Source: Eledone cirrhosa
Lineage: Eukaryota
Length of the DNA stretch: 64,000 nt
NCBI GenBank assembly: GCA_964016885.1
Contig: OZ024742.1
Span: 116,126,001 to 116,190,000, forward strand
Direction of reading: 5' to 3'
Within the stretch, counting starts at the first letter, position 1. Each line of letters begins with the position of its first letter. The translations under genes and the position numbers were made by a program. Under the pieces are notes generated by a model. It saw only the letters and a program-made list of their open reading frames with translations. It made no database searches and was not told the origin of the DNA. Positions 14,275 to 28,645 of the stretch are shown piece after piece.

Positions 14275-15100
14275 TAATGGAGCTGTTAATAATAATAATA
14301 TAACAGACACCAACCCTAGGTATACGCTAGGTATATCATTTTTTTTTTATCTGAGAGTTCCTTATACACCGACGAAGGCAATTTTAAGTCCCGAAATATT
14401 AGGACGACGTAAACAACAGCAAAAAAAAAAAAAATAAATAACAAAAACAAATGTTAACAGGTAACTAACCTTTTCGTTACCTCCACCTTACCGTCCATTT
14501 TGCATTGTTTAGCCTTATATCACTTTTCCAATTACACACACACACACGCGTATATATATATGATGATCCAGGTAACAGTCAAACTTTTCTCTGAGTCGCT
14601 TCTTTCGTTGTTCTGGTCCCAGCGGCTCGCTTTTCGGTCCCTGGCTTCAATTTGCATAGCTGTCTAAACGTAATGAATTCGTTAGCTTGCCCGCAACCAG
14701 AGCTTCGATTATGCTCCATTAGGGTATTGTTTGTAACTACAGAAGAGCTATTAGATTTACTAAACACCGCTGTATCTATGATAGTTATGTTAATATTAGA
14801 GTAGACGCTGTTATTGCGATCTACCAAGTTTTGTGTATTAATATGAATTAATATAGGCTCTGTGTTTAGCATTATTTCTAATTATTGCGAAGAATGTTGA
14901 GGTTATGTGACCCTTGCTCTGATGAATTATACAATTAGATTGTTATCTATATGTTGGAATGAATTTACTGCATTTTGTAGTTGGGTTATGAGGCATTACT
15001 CTATATCTATATCTCTTTCTAAAGACATATGAATGGATGTGTGTCTCTATGTATAGATGCATATGTGTGTATGTGTATATCATTGAATGTCTATGTATGA

Positions 15101-15181
<81 letters not shown>

Positions 15182-15216
15182 CATGCATATATATATACAT
15201 ACATAAACACACACTG

Positions 15217-15247
<31 letters not shown>

Positions 15248-15270
15248 CACACATAAGCACACACTGATAT

Positions 15271-15305
<35 letters not shown>

Positions 15306-15366
15306 CATACATTCATACGTAGACATATATACTGACCATTTAACTTACTTACTAACCATTAACTTA

Positions 15367-15709
15367 CTTACTGACCATTTAACTTGCATACACAAATATA
15401 TGTGTTCACACATATACACTTACACAAACACAAACATATTCACACACGTGAATGTGTGTCTCTATGTGTACATGCATATGTGTCTGTTTATGAGTGCATA
15501 TATATATATATATACATACGCAGACACAGAGTGCATATATATAAATACATATATATATATACATATATATATATATATGTACTCATAAATAGACACATAT
15601 GCATGTACACATAGAGACACACATCCACGTGTGTGAATATGTGTGTGTTTGTGTAAGTGTATATGTGTGAACACATATATTTGTGTATGCAAGTTAAATG
15701 GTCAGTAAG
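15367..15709. repeat. Inverted duplication of low-complexity sequence, ~145-bp arms
   Basis: 15367-15510 is the reverse complement of 15565-15709 with about 4 mismatches. TA runs lie at the inner edges. Confidence 0.85.
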
Positions 15710-15737
15710 AAGTTGGATGAGGATGCCTCTACATTTC

Positions 15738-15864
15738 ATTGGCAGTATCGGTAGAAGGTTGGACGCCATGCTTTGCAGCATAGAGTTACGGCCCTTTATT
15801 ATCTGAGTTCAAATCCCGCCGAGGTTAACTTTGCCTTTCATCCTTACGGGGTCGATAAAATAAA
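15738..15864 (+). mobile_element. tRNA-derived SINE (3'-truncated)
   Basis: TGGCAGTATCGG...GAGTTCAAATCCCGCCGAGG...GGTCGATAAAATAAA. Confidence 0.8.
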
Positions 15865-15909
15865 CGAATCGAATATTATTATTAATATTAGAAAAACTCA
15901 GATTACGTT

Positions 15910-15965
<56 letters not shown>

Positions 15966-16347
15966 GAAAAAACGAGGAAGTTTCGTTTACATATGAAAAA
16001 TATTCTATTTACCAAATTAACCCATAGGAGAAACAATGGACATTGAAAACAGCGAAAAGTCAAAACATGTTGATTTTCCTCTTCGACAGCTGTCTAATGT
16101 AGTTTCGGATTCAAAGAGAACACTTCTCTTTCCAACACACCAGTAACTCCCCAACACAAACAAAAAAGAGACTTATTTTTGAATAAAACTACAACGGAGA
16201 GAAAACAAAGGAGAAACGGGTCTTTTTCGAGTCAATGAACAGGATAACAAGATGAAAAATATAGATACCAATACAGCACAAGAAAGAACGTAAAACAAAA
16301 TACAGTGAAAACACAGCTGACACACAAACAGACACACGTAGGCGCAT

Positions 16348-16426
<79 letters not shown>

Positions 16427-16589
16427 GGCTCCTTATCTGTAGAGCTAAATCGGTTGAAAGGACTTGGCTGCTATTTATTGCTGTCGACCACCCTATTCAC
16501 GCCAATGGAAGGATGCTAGCATGCTTTAGAATTGCAGCACGTGCGACGGGTCTCTTGCAGATTTGTATTTGATGCGTAAACACGGACAG

Positions 16590-16941
16590 TTATTTCTTCC
16601 TCCCTGCTGATGATCTAAGATTTAACTGGTGTGATTTTAGGGATTTTTAGTGAAATATATTGCTTTATTGAAATATATACAAGGGGGATTAATCATTTCT
16701 TAAAAGGTAATATTTGAAGATCTAGTTAAACTTTAATTAGTTACCTACCTAGGTATGTGTGTTTACACACTTTACAAATTCCCTGTGATTGTTTCATGTG
16801 TTTATTTTACATATATATATATATGTCAATCAATTTCTAGATGATATAAAATGCTCGGATATAGTCATTGGAATCTTTGAACTTATTCTACAGTAGATAT
16901 GGCGCATGTCTCGGACATGACTCCTTTTATTTTATTTAATC

Positions 16942-16950
<9 letters not shown>
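16590..16950 (+). mobile_element. Sibling of 9516-9960 retaining a hammerhead-like core (16602-16685)
   Basis: CCCTG-CTGATGA-(~56 nt)-GAAA TATA TA-CAAGGG (CAGGGA in the sibling). Body aligns to 9670-9960. Confidence 0.6.
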
Positions 16951-16989
<39 letters not shown>

Positions 16990-16991
<2 letters not shown>

Positions 16992-18790
16992 TTTTTGTGG
17001 TCGACCCTTCGTGGTAGGGTCCGTACCGTCCATGTAATCCGATTACGTGTAATCCAGTGAAATCCATCGAGTTAATCCCTTAGATACATAGTCTGCTATT
17101 AGATATTAATTTAACAATGAAAATAATAACAATGTCAAGTTATTTTACCTATTCATATCATTGTTTTACGATCGTTTCGGAGGGTTGATCATATTGACAT
17201 ATTTTACTGAGCTATAGCAGTTATATAACTGTATACTATCAGACATCATATATAGGTTCGATGAAACCGTCTTCTTCGGTAACAATGAAATTACAATCTG
17301 TATTGGTATTGGTAGTAGTATATTAACAGGGTAGATACAAAAATAGACATACCGTATAAATATATATATTCCAGATTGCCTCTTTAGACTGATAGAGATA
17401 GTGGGTGGGGTGTTTTAGGACACTATTTAAAATGTCATTTTGAGGGGAAAGTGGATGAATACGCAGAGCAAAGAAAAGAATAAGAGGAAGAGTAGAATGG
17501 GAGGTATGAAAGAAGAGGGCGTATATTAGGATGGGTAGAAGAAGAAGAAGAAGAAGAAGAAGAAGAAGAAGAAGAAGAAGAAGAAGATCATTATTTGGTG
17601 AGTGTGCTAGGTGTAATAAATCTTCAATGAGAAGATGTCTTAATAGATGGATTGAAATATACTAAGAAAGTATATTTTTACTTGGGTGTTCTAATTTAGA
17701 TATAGTGAAAACACTTGATTATTGGACTAACTTTAAATTGCAGCATTTCTAAATTGAGAAAACACTATTTAATACATACTATTAGGTAAATTAATAATAT
17801 TTGATAATATTTAATAAAAACCCAATTTACCTGTCCTAATCGAGGTTATAAGTGTGTATACAAATATATAGGTAGTAAGAGAAACATTTCTGATTTAAGT
17901 ACTGATTTAGGATTAGTAAAGAAGCTCGGATATAGGAAGAATAGTGTGCGAAATGTATAGATAGGTTGTTTCTTAAGACGTATTATAAGTGAATTTGGAA
18001 AAATATTGAGTAATTTAAAGAAAATGTTAAGGTTAAATATTTATCCCAGGCTGGGAGATATTAATGCATGGTAATTAAAGTCGCATTAAATTTCTGATTT
18101 CAATATTGGTTTTGATTATTTACTAGGATTTAGATAGAAGTATATGATTCTCATTAAGTCAATTTGGTTAGTTAGAATGTAAGTTATTTCGATTAGTTTG
18201 GGAGTCCATGTTGTTATTGAAATGAGGAAATGTGGTATCAGCTATTGAAAGAACAGATTAATTCTGATTTAATTAATTTTCAACCATCCTTTATTCTATA
18301 TGTAAATTATCCTAGTAAGAATAACTTATTTCCAGTTATGTTTCACTTATTTAATGAAACTAGTTATGACTGTAGTGATTTCAGGTATTATGTGGATTTA
18401 TAGTATTTCATGATTTTATGATTACATGAAGTAATTAATTCTTGCTTTTTATTTAGTAACCTATCTTTGGATTTCATTATTTGGAACCGTTCCTGAGAAC
18501 ATAGTAGGCACTCCCTTCTTTCGCCTTGGTACGAGTTAGTTCTTTTAAGGACACTCCAGTCTAGTTTATATGGTATATTTTTCTTTTTAAAATTGCTTAA
18601 GTTTCCGCAAATTTTGTTAGCTAATTTAGTATTTTTATATGTTGTCTGATAGTATACAGTTATATAAATGCTATAGATCAGTCAGTATGTCATATGATCA
18701 AGTCAACCTGCGAAACGATCGTAAAAGAATGATATGAATAGGTAAAATAACTTGACTTTGTTATTATTTTCATTGTTAGATTAATATCTA

Positions 18791-18792
<2 letters not shown>
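16990..18792 (-). mobile_element. 5'-truncated Penelope-like element with inverted pseudo-LTR
   Basis: Inverted repeats 17098-17245 and 18643-18792 enclose an open endonuclease C-terminus at 18388-18639 (TKLANKI...IPYKLDWSVLK...CLLCSQERFQI...LLNKKQELITSCNH*) and a pyrimidine-rich UTR. Hammerhead-like core at 17159-17288. TA runs on both sides. Confidence 0.85.
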
Positions 18793-18827
<35 letters not shown>

Positions 18828-19060
18828 CGCGTGTGTGTGTATGTGTGTGTGTGTGTGCGTGTGTGGTAAGTGGTGTACAACGAGTATTAGGCAGGCAATT
18901 TCACTGTTCACCACCAGTAGTAAAGGTTCACGTTTTATATTCGGCGGACAAGTTGAACCCTGGTTTTCGAAAGATATTTTCAAGCTTCACAAGTCGATTT
19001 GTATGCCGGCATATACGGTATATATAAGTATATATATATATATTAAGAAGTGTTCTAGCA

Positions 19061-19238
19061 TAGACATGTCAAATATGCGGCTCGCGGGGCGCGTGCGGCC
19101 CACACAGAGGATTTTACAGCGCGAACATGCTTCATCTTCGTAATATAAAAAAAAAAATATTAGTTGCCATCTGTGGCCCTCAGACAGCACACATGTGACC
19201 CATATAGCCATCAGGGGACCCTCAGTTTGAGATGCCTG
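19061..19238. mobile_element. hAT (Charlie-type) MITE
   Basis: TIRs TAGACATGTCAAA / TTTGAGATGCCTG, subterminal GCGGCTCGCGGGGCGCGTGCGGCCC, and 8-bp target duplication TTCTAGCA (19053-19060) / CTCTAGCA (19239-19246). Confidence 0.8.
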
Positions 19239-19577
19239 CTCTAGCAGACGAAGCGTTCGAGGAAGTTATATCTGTATGAATACAGAATGGGTATCCAAGA
19301 CTGCACCGATGTGTATATACATATACATATATCCAATATGTAGTTATGTAAACATGCAAGTAAATACGAATGAAACAATGATAAACCCCTTCAATCGATT
19401 TTCGGACATAATTGAGCCCCCAATAGAAGTCATACATATCATCCGTACAACCAGAAAGAAACATATTTAGTGTACCATTCGTTCGTAGTATTATTCCGAT
19501 ATGAGCGGACTAATTTGCATATAACTAGCCTGTTCGTGTTGAATTAATATGTATGTATATGTATGTATGTATATGTA

Positions 19578-19696
<119 letters not shown>

Positions 19697-19729
19697 TATG
19701 TATATATATATAAATATATATATATATAT

Positions 19730-20076
19730 TTAAAGATTAAACAAAGTTCAATGAATAAATCAAAGAATGAGTTTTACAATAGATTGGAATCACTCAACAG
19801 TTTGGTTTTCCGGAGTTATTTATATTATTTCAAAATATTAACAAAAATAGACATTCGTGTGATCAAGTATATTTTATTATACATATTTCAGAGGTACTGA
19901 GCTATCTTCAACAGTACGTCCTCATCAGATAAAATAAGATGATGCATGACATACCCTGACATAGTAGATGGTTAAGATTCAGTCATGACTACGATGACTG
20001 AATCTTAACCATCTACTATGTCAGGGTATGTCATGCATCATCTTATTTTATTTGATGAGGACGTACTGTTGAAGAT
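19730..20076 (-). mobile_element. Fold-back hammerhead element (sibling at 22005-22404)
   Basis: Arms 19904-19986 and 19994-20076 with a 7-nt loop. TA flanks. Confidence 0.8.
19870..19936 (-). ncRNA. Type I hammerhead ribozyme
   Basis: TATTTTAT-CTGATGA-GGACGTACTG..CAGTACCTCT-GAAA-T ATGT A-TA-ATAAAATA. Confidence 0.75.
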
Positions 20077-20151
20077 ATATATATATATACATAGTAAATG
20101 AGTGAAGAATAATGAGGGTCGGCTGTACAATCTCGTTAACCTAAATATATA

Positions 20152-20190
<39 letters not shown>

Positions 20191-20192
<2 letters not shown>

Positions 20193-20393
20193 CGAAGGAA
20201 ATGTGGTAAGGAACCAGGTGGACCATAACGCACCAAAGTACTCAATACTTGAGGTAGTAGAGTGGGTAATAGGAACCAGTAAGACCCCGACAGCTGAGCT
20301 CAAGCCGTTTCGACGGCTAATTCTGGACTGAATTCAGTCCAGAATTAGCCGTCGAAACGGCTTGAGCTCAGCTGTCGGGGTCTTACTGGTTCC

Positions 20394-20396
<3 letters not shown>
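20191..20396 (-). mobile_element. Fold-back element containing a perfect 128-bp palindrome (20269-20396)
   Basis: No loop, centred on GAATTC at 20330-20335. Tail homologous to 10326-10412. Confidence 0.85.
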
Positions 20397-20423
<27 letters not shown>

Positions 20424-20424
<1 letters not shown>

Positions 20425-21235
20425 CCAGAGTCCTCGCTTTGCCTGGAAACTTACATGAGAATAGACTTTCCTGACGACGGAATGCTTCTCTTTATCTTCT
20501 TCGGAAAATATATTTACTCCATTCCAGAAACTAATTAGTTGGAAGTGATATTTTAGTAAGTAAGTTAATTTTATAATTTTCTTATTTTACGTCTCTTATA
20601 TTATTGTTCTGCAACCCCATGCATTGAACCACAATGTTATTAAGACAAAACCTATATATTTGCTAGCATTGATATGCATCTGTATGTATATATATGTTAC
20701 TAGATATGAATTCTTTATTATTATCTCCAAATTATTTGTCGAGCAATATTGGCCATGACTGCTGCTACGGTTGTAGGCAGGCCGCTGTCTTATTAGCAAA
20801 ACACTTTCCACTGATTGACCTCGATGTCACGTGTTCGATGCTTTTTGAATTTGCCACAGACGCAGAGGCAGTGATTTTCTCAATGGCTAGGAATTCAGTC
20901 CACGCTTTGCTATTTCCTATCCACTGAATTATTTTTTAATAAGTTTCCAGAGTCCTCGCTTTGCCTGGAAACTTACATGAGAATAGACTTTCCGACGACG
21001 GAATGCTTCTCTATATCTTCTTCGGAAAATATATTTACTCCATTCCAGAAACTAATTAGTTGGAAGTGATATTTTAGTAAGTAAGTTAATTTTATAATTT
21101 TCTTATTTTACGTCTCTTATATTATTGTTCTGCAACCCCATGCATTGAACCACAATGTTATTAAGACAAAACCTATATATTTGCTAGCATTGATATGCAT
21201 CTGTATGTATAAATATGTTACTAGATATGAATTCT

Positions 21236-21246
<11 letters not shown>
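20424..21246. repeat. Partial-tandem direct repeat, ~300-bp units, in (TA)n
   Basis: 20424-20724 is nearly identical to 20946-21246, with a ~220-bp spacer. Confidence 0.85.
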
Positions 21247-21322
<76 letters not shown>

Positions 21323-21355
21323 TATACATATATATATATATATATATATATGTAC

Positions 21356-21452
<97 letters not shown>

Positions 21453-21453
21453 C

Positions 21454-21487
<34 letters not shown>

Positions 21488-21962
21488 GGGTGTTAAGGGG
21501 AGGGAACGCGGTTGAAAAAAGTGATGGAAGAAGGAGAGAGAGAGGGGGGAGAGAGTCACAGAGAGAAAAGAGAGAGGGAGCGCGCAAGGATATCACAGCG
21601 AGGAGAAAATCACATATGAGACTCGAGGAAACGGAAAACAGTACTCGCTTCTAGATCCACCGATTGTAGGTTACGTAATAAAGTTATATGTTAGGTAAGG
21701 ATCCAATTTTGGTCCATACGGTCTGATCGGACCTACAGATACACCAATCGCTCATAAGGATCTCGCTTACATTAAACTTCAGGTTTTCACTCTGCTCAGG
21801 TATTGAGTACTTTACTAACTGTGGTTAACCCGATTGAACTCGGGACTCACATAGATAAATATATATGTATATGTGTGTGTGTGTGGGGGGGCATATTTTA
21901 TATATAATGTATATATGTATATATACACACATACATTTATGAATATATATATATATATAATA

Positions 21963-22005
<43 letters not shown>

Positions 22006-22151
22006 TAAAATGTTAAACAAATTCAATGATTATGTCAAAGAATTAGTTTTACAGTAGATTGGAAGCACTCTACAAGTAAAAAGTAATTTTCCGAAGTTAT
22101 TCATATTAAAATATAAATATTAATAAAATAGATGTTCTTTTCATCAATTAC

Positions 22152-22207
22152 ATTTTATTATACATATTTCGGATGTACAACAAACAGTACGTCCTCATCA
22201 GACAAAA
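22152..22207 (-). ncRNA. Type I hammerhead ribozyme (mirror copy)
   Basis: ATTTTGT-CTGATGA-GGACGTAC..GTACATCC-GAAA TATGTA TA-ATAAAAT. Confidence 0.75.
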
Positions 22208-22302
22208 TATAATGATACATGAGATACCCTGAGATGTTAAATGGTTAAGTTTAAGATTAAATCTTAACAATTTAACATCTCAGTGTATGTCATGTATCAT
22301 TA

Positions 22303-22357
22303 TATTTTATCTGATGAGGACGTACTGTTGTACATCCGAAATATGTATAATAAAATA
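22303..22357 (+). ncRNA. Type I hammerhead ribozyme, predicted cleavage after 22349 (AUA)
   Basis: TATTTTAT-CTGATGA-GGACGTAC TGTT GTACATCC-GAAA-T ATGT A-TA-ATAAAATA. Stem I is 8 perfect base pairs. Confidence 0.85.
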
Positions 22358-22401
22358 CAATTGCTCAAAAGAATATCTATTTTATTAATATTTATATTTT
22401 A

Positions 22402-22523
<122 letters not shown>

Positions 22524-22823
22524 ATGTGTATAGGAAATGGGATAAAGGAGCAATAAAAAAAACTCACAGAGAAGGAAAAATATAAGACAATAACAATAGA
22601 GACAGAAAATGAGGAAGTTTATTAATTGAGAGAGTAATAGATTCTATATGTAGAAAAAGAGTGAAACGGGTTGGGCTGAAAGATATAGAAAGAATGAGTT
22701 AGTTATGTAAAACTGGAATAAACATATAACAAAAATACCTGAAGTGGTTAATAATCGAGAGAAAGACAGCGAAAAGAAAAATGCTTGACATTCACACACC
22801 ACACACATATACATACACACACA

Positions 22824-22924
<101 letters not shown>

Positions 22925-22943
22925 TCATATATATATATATATA

Positions 22944-23027
<84 letters not shown>

Positions 23028-23067
23028 CATATATATATATATATATTCATATATATATATATATATA

Positions 23068-23120
<53 letters not shown>

Positions 23121-23290
23121 GTGTGTGTGTGCGTGTGTGTGCGTGTGTGTGCGTGTGTGTGTGTGTGCGTGTATGTGTGTTTGTGTATGAGAGAGAGCGA
23201 GTGAGAGAGGAAAAGAGAGGGAGAGAAAAAGAGACAGAGAGAGGAAGAGAGATATATAGAGCTAGAGAGAGAGAGAGAGAGAGAGAGAGA

Positions 23291-23331
<41 letters not shown>

Positions 23332-25054
23332 TAGGTGGCGCGTAAGTTAAAAACACGGAGAAAGTAAACACAAGGAAACAAAAATACTGAAAGACAGAAA
23401 GATAGAGATACAGCATTCGGGAGAGAGAGAAAGGGATAGATTTTAAAAAAAAGTGTGGACAAGAAATTAGAGTGTAAGGGAAGGAGAGACAGATTGAAAG
23501 AAATAAACAAGTGAATGAGCGAGATAAAGAAGAGAGCGAATGAGACGGCGCGCAAGATAAACTCTCCGAGAAAGTAAATAAAGGGGAATAGAAATATAGA
23601 AAGATAGAAAAATAGACAGATAGACAGACTCGGCAAAATATAAGGGATAGATAAAAGATGAAGAGATAGAGTACGAAAATGAAAAAGTAAGACACAGAGA
23701 GACAGATAGAGAGAAATAGCGAGAAAGAGAAAGAGAGAAAGAGAGAGAGTAGTATCTATAGAGACACTGGAGAGGTGCGAGCAGACGATATATAGTAGCA
23801 CTTAGAGTTGGCAGGCTGGAGTCGGAGCGTCAAACAGTTTAATGCTAAATCTTTACTAGCAGTCGTGTCTTTGTATGTGTATATTAATATATACATATAT
23901 ATATAAAGTGTATACATATATATATATATATAGATATATGTGTGTGTGTGTGTATGTATATTTTTGTTTGTGTGCTGTGTGTATATGTACATGTATATAG
24001 ATAAATATATGTGCGTTCTTCAGCGTGTGTGTGCTGTCTGCCTCTGGTGACCCACGTCTGCCATAAGCCAGCACTATGATGGGTATTCAAAAACGACACG
24101 AGGAATGTAAATGTAAATCTAAATCAACATTCTCTGGGAATATGAGTTACCTTCTCCGATTATTTCACCTCTTCACCATCGTCTATTCAGGTGAGCCATT
24201 CCATTTATATATTTATTTATCCGACTATTTATTTCACCGCCCTAAAACAACCTACTCCATGAACCATAACCATAACCACATCGCACCTCACACCACCACA
24301 CTAAACCATACTATACCAAACCATAACCATAAACATTAACAAGCCTCACACGCCGTCGCTTACCAAAACCTCAATCCTCATCTCCCCTGCTACAGCCTTA
24401 GTCAACTGGTTACCCCTCTAACTCAACATTTGTTTTTATTAATTTTTTTTTTTTATTATTTATTTTATTATTTATTTATTCATTGTTTACTATACCATCA
24501 TATATTTCGCTATATGGCCCACTAATCCTAAAGTAGTCCCCTTTTTACAATAACTTGATACACCTCGCCACTACAACACACTGAAAAATCACTTAACACA
24601 CACTCACACAAACACTCACACACACACAGATATACATAGGTACATGCTTACAAAAAATATGCTCAGTCATACAACAACTACAAATGTATATACAAACACA
24701 CATTTATAAACAAGAACGCACACACAGACACATACATGTATACACACAGAGAAAAGTACAAATACATGTGCAAACACTCACACATATACACACACATGCA
24801 CGAAAAGCACAAAACAAGCTAACTACATATAGACATACATACTTATATACATACATGCTCACATACATATATACTTCTATACTGTGTTGCCGTACCATGG
24901 CCGCATACCGGTTATCGTCTGAGAATTACGTTACGTATGCATAAATGCCTCAATATATATAAATTTGTAAACATAAACATACATTTATATACGAAATATA
25001 TAAATAAATGATCACACATCTACATACATACATATTCCACCCTTCTCTCTCTCA

Positions 25055-25085
<31 letters not shown>

Positions 25086-25374
25086 CACATCGACAGCTAC
25101 CCATTCTGTATTCATGCATATATATATGTATATATACACACACATTCCCCACATAACAATAAAGACATATAATTACACAATGCAAGCACATTCGCAAACA
25201 CACATACACACACACGCACACAAACACACACAAACACACCCATACGTTATACAAATAGCAGCAACGTATGATCAGACGACATTTTTAACCCTCTCTATTA
25301 TTGTATCTACCCCGTTGTATGGTATATAATATCTACATCGGCTACTTACACGCTAGGGTCTTGCTATTCATTGC

Positions 25375-25408
<34 letters not shown>

Positions 25409-25552
25409 TATATATATATATGCATATATATATATATATATGATATATATATATATATATGCATATATATATATGCATATATATATTTATATATAAATAT
25501 ATATATATTTATATATATATATGTATGTATATATATATATATATACACATAC

Positions 25553-25584
<32 letters not shown>

Positions 25585-25608
25585 ATGTATGTGTGTGTGT
25601 ATGTATAT

Positions 25609-25665
<57 letters not shown>

Positions 25666-25865
25666 AGTACATATGTATATATATATATATATATACACAA
25701 TTATATATAGCGTCATCCTGGACAATATCTCTGTAATTTGACTATTAATATTTGTAGATCTATTTTACAATGTTTCTGTTGTATTCAAACTTATCGTTCA
25801 TACGTAAATTGTGTGTGCATACACAGACCAACACGCCCTCACACTCTCACACACACACACACACG

Positions 25866-25999
<134 letters not shown>

Positions 26000-26461
26000 T
26001 ATATACACACACATACATATGTGTGTGTGTGTCTATCAAATTCCACTCACGATATATTGATCAACCGGTGGCTATTGTAGATGACACTTGCCCAAGTTAC
26101 CATGCTAAGGGTTGAACTCAAAACGCAATGCAATCTCCATAAACACACCGACTCTCTCTCTCTCTCTCTCTCACAGACACCCACACAGGTACTCATATTT
26201 GAGGTTTACATGTATCTACTAGCATGTGTATTTATGAATGTACGTATATATGTATGTACGCATGTAAGTATTTGCGAACGTAATTTATATGTATTAAGAC
26301 GTGAATATATGTATGTGCTATTTCAACTATACCTATCTGGATCGATCTGATGAAAACTATTTCGAAAGTTTAGGCATTTATGCCCGTATGTACTGAAATA
26401 TATACGTTGGTGTGTTCATTGTGTATATATGCATTAATGTATGGAAGTATGTATGTATGTT

Positions 26462-26707
26462 ATCTCTTTCTCTTAATTTCGAGTATAATTTTGACCGGCC
26501 ACCTTCCTGGTGGCAAGGTTGTAAAAGAAAAAAAATTGTCATCCCTTGAATCGCAAGAATGTTTTGCAAATTTTTAAGGTGCCAGCTATCGCAGCCATTT
26601 GTAGACCATGAATTAGGGGGCTGCGCTCTTTGTCCGCAAATCCAAGTGTTGTCATACTTTGGTCTAAGTGGGTTGGTATATAACCCGTAGCTCCAATAAT
26701 GATGGGT
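26462..26707 (-). mobile_element. 3' end of an R4/NeSL-like REL retrotransposon in (TATG)n
   Basis: PIIIGATGYIPTHLDQSMTTLGF...LQMAAIAGTLKICKTFL* matches the REL C-terminal pattern PIVxGAxG...LQxxAxxGT. Near-identical copy at 53951-54205. Confidence 0.7.
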
Positions 26708-27075
26708 ATGAAGCTATGTATGTATGTATGTATGTATATATGTATATATGTGTATATATATGTATGAATTAATATATTTATGTATAAATGCATGTATTCA
26801 TGCATGTCAAAATACAGGTTAATTTTATGTGAGTATGTATGGATATATGTATGTATGTATCTATCTATCCATTTTCAATCTATCTATCGGTCTAGCTCTC
26901 TGATCAGCAGCTCGTTGTCTAACAGTCTCTCTCTATTTAACACCCCCTCTCCCTCCCCTCTACCAATATATTTGGATGTACCCTTCCTTGTTAAATGGTC
27001 ATTTATAACTATATTTTATTACATGTCACATATCTAGGGGTCTATCTATTTCACTCTCTCACTCTCTCTCTCGCT

Positions 27076-27138
<63 letters not shown>

Positions 27139-27139
27139 A

Positions 27140-27179
<40 letters not shown>

Positions 27180-27536
27180 AGATACACCCTTACATTCATT
27201 CCTCTATCCTACATAAAGCACGTCACATACGCACGCAGAAGCGCGCATATATATTTGTGAGTGAGTGAGGTTTGGGATTCGTTTTGAGGTAAAATCTGCT
27301 GCATGGATGACTTTTACTTGTTCTCTATGTACCGATGATGGTGATTTTATTCGGGGCAGGGCATTCATGTTTTCGAATGTTCCTGGGCGCTGCCGGAATC
27401 CGCTCAGGCGACGGCTGCAATCCAACGTTACCGAACGCGAGTGTGTGTTGATCTGTGGGTCTGTATCCTTTTGTGTTTGTGATTCTGTCTGTGTTACGCG
27501 CTCATTCAACTATATCTATTTTTATATACTCCATCC

Positions 27537-27602
<66 letters not shown>

Positions 27603-27603
27603 C

Positions 27604-27643
<40 letters not shown>

Positions 27644-27656
27644 ATTAGTGTGTTAG

Positions 27657-27885
27657 TGTGTGGCGTTGCATGGCTTAGAGAGGATCGTAAATTAGTGAGT
27701 TCGATTCTTTGCGCTTCAATGTGTCCTTCAGGAAGAATCTTATTTTACGTTCCTCCAATTCACATAGCTGGCGAAAATAAGTTGTCTTTGTGTATCAAAG
27801 GGCCATCTCTGTCACATTATGTGTATACGACTAACAATTATGTTAAGGCTACACGTGTTTGTGGAATATTCAGCTACTTAAGCGT
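27657..27885 (+). mobile_element. Degenerate second SINE family
   Basis: Pol III B-box-like GAGTTCGATTC after a GC-rich head. Body partly similar to 31300-31470. Confidence 0.4.
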
Positions 27886-28358
27886 ACATAACTTTGGAAC
27901 ATTTAGATGTAAATGTCAGAAGTCCAAAACGTATATACACATCCCATATATATATATGAAAAAGGAAGTAAGGTTCTATACAAAACAGTGGTTATAGAGA
28001 AAAGGTGAAATTGGAAATAGCACGGAAAATATTTTTAAGGATCTGTTTTGTTTTGTTTTGTTTTACCTTTCTTTGATTCGTCAAAGTGACATTATTGAAA
28101 AAATGAGAGGGACAATTTTTTTAAAAAAGAGTTTTATAATGTATATAAAGTATGATATATGTATAGTAAAAAAAATCGGTGGATGTGAAAAAAAGAGGAA
28201 GGAAAACAGTGCTTGAATGAGAGATGATATATTATATTATTCATTTATTTTCATAAACGGTACTAAAATGGTACATGGGGTTTCAAGGACCAATTATGAC
28301 CATCTGCCCATATATGTATATATACACACAAACAAAGAAACATAATCACACACACACA

Positions 28359-28645
<287 letters not shown>

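Noticed and set aside
14579-14872. 97-aa Asn/Ser/Thr-rich ORF, possibly a PLE linker
   Set aside because: Compositional similarity only; no conserved flanking motifs in frame.
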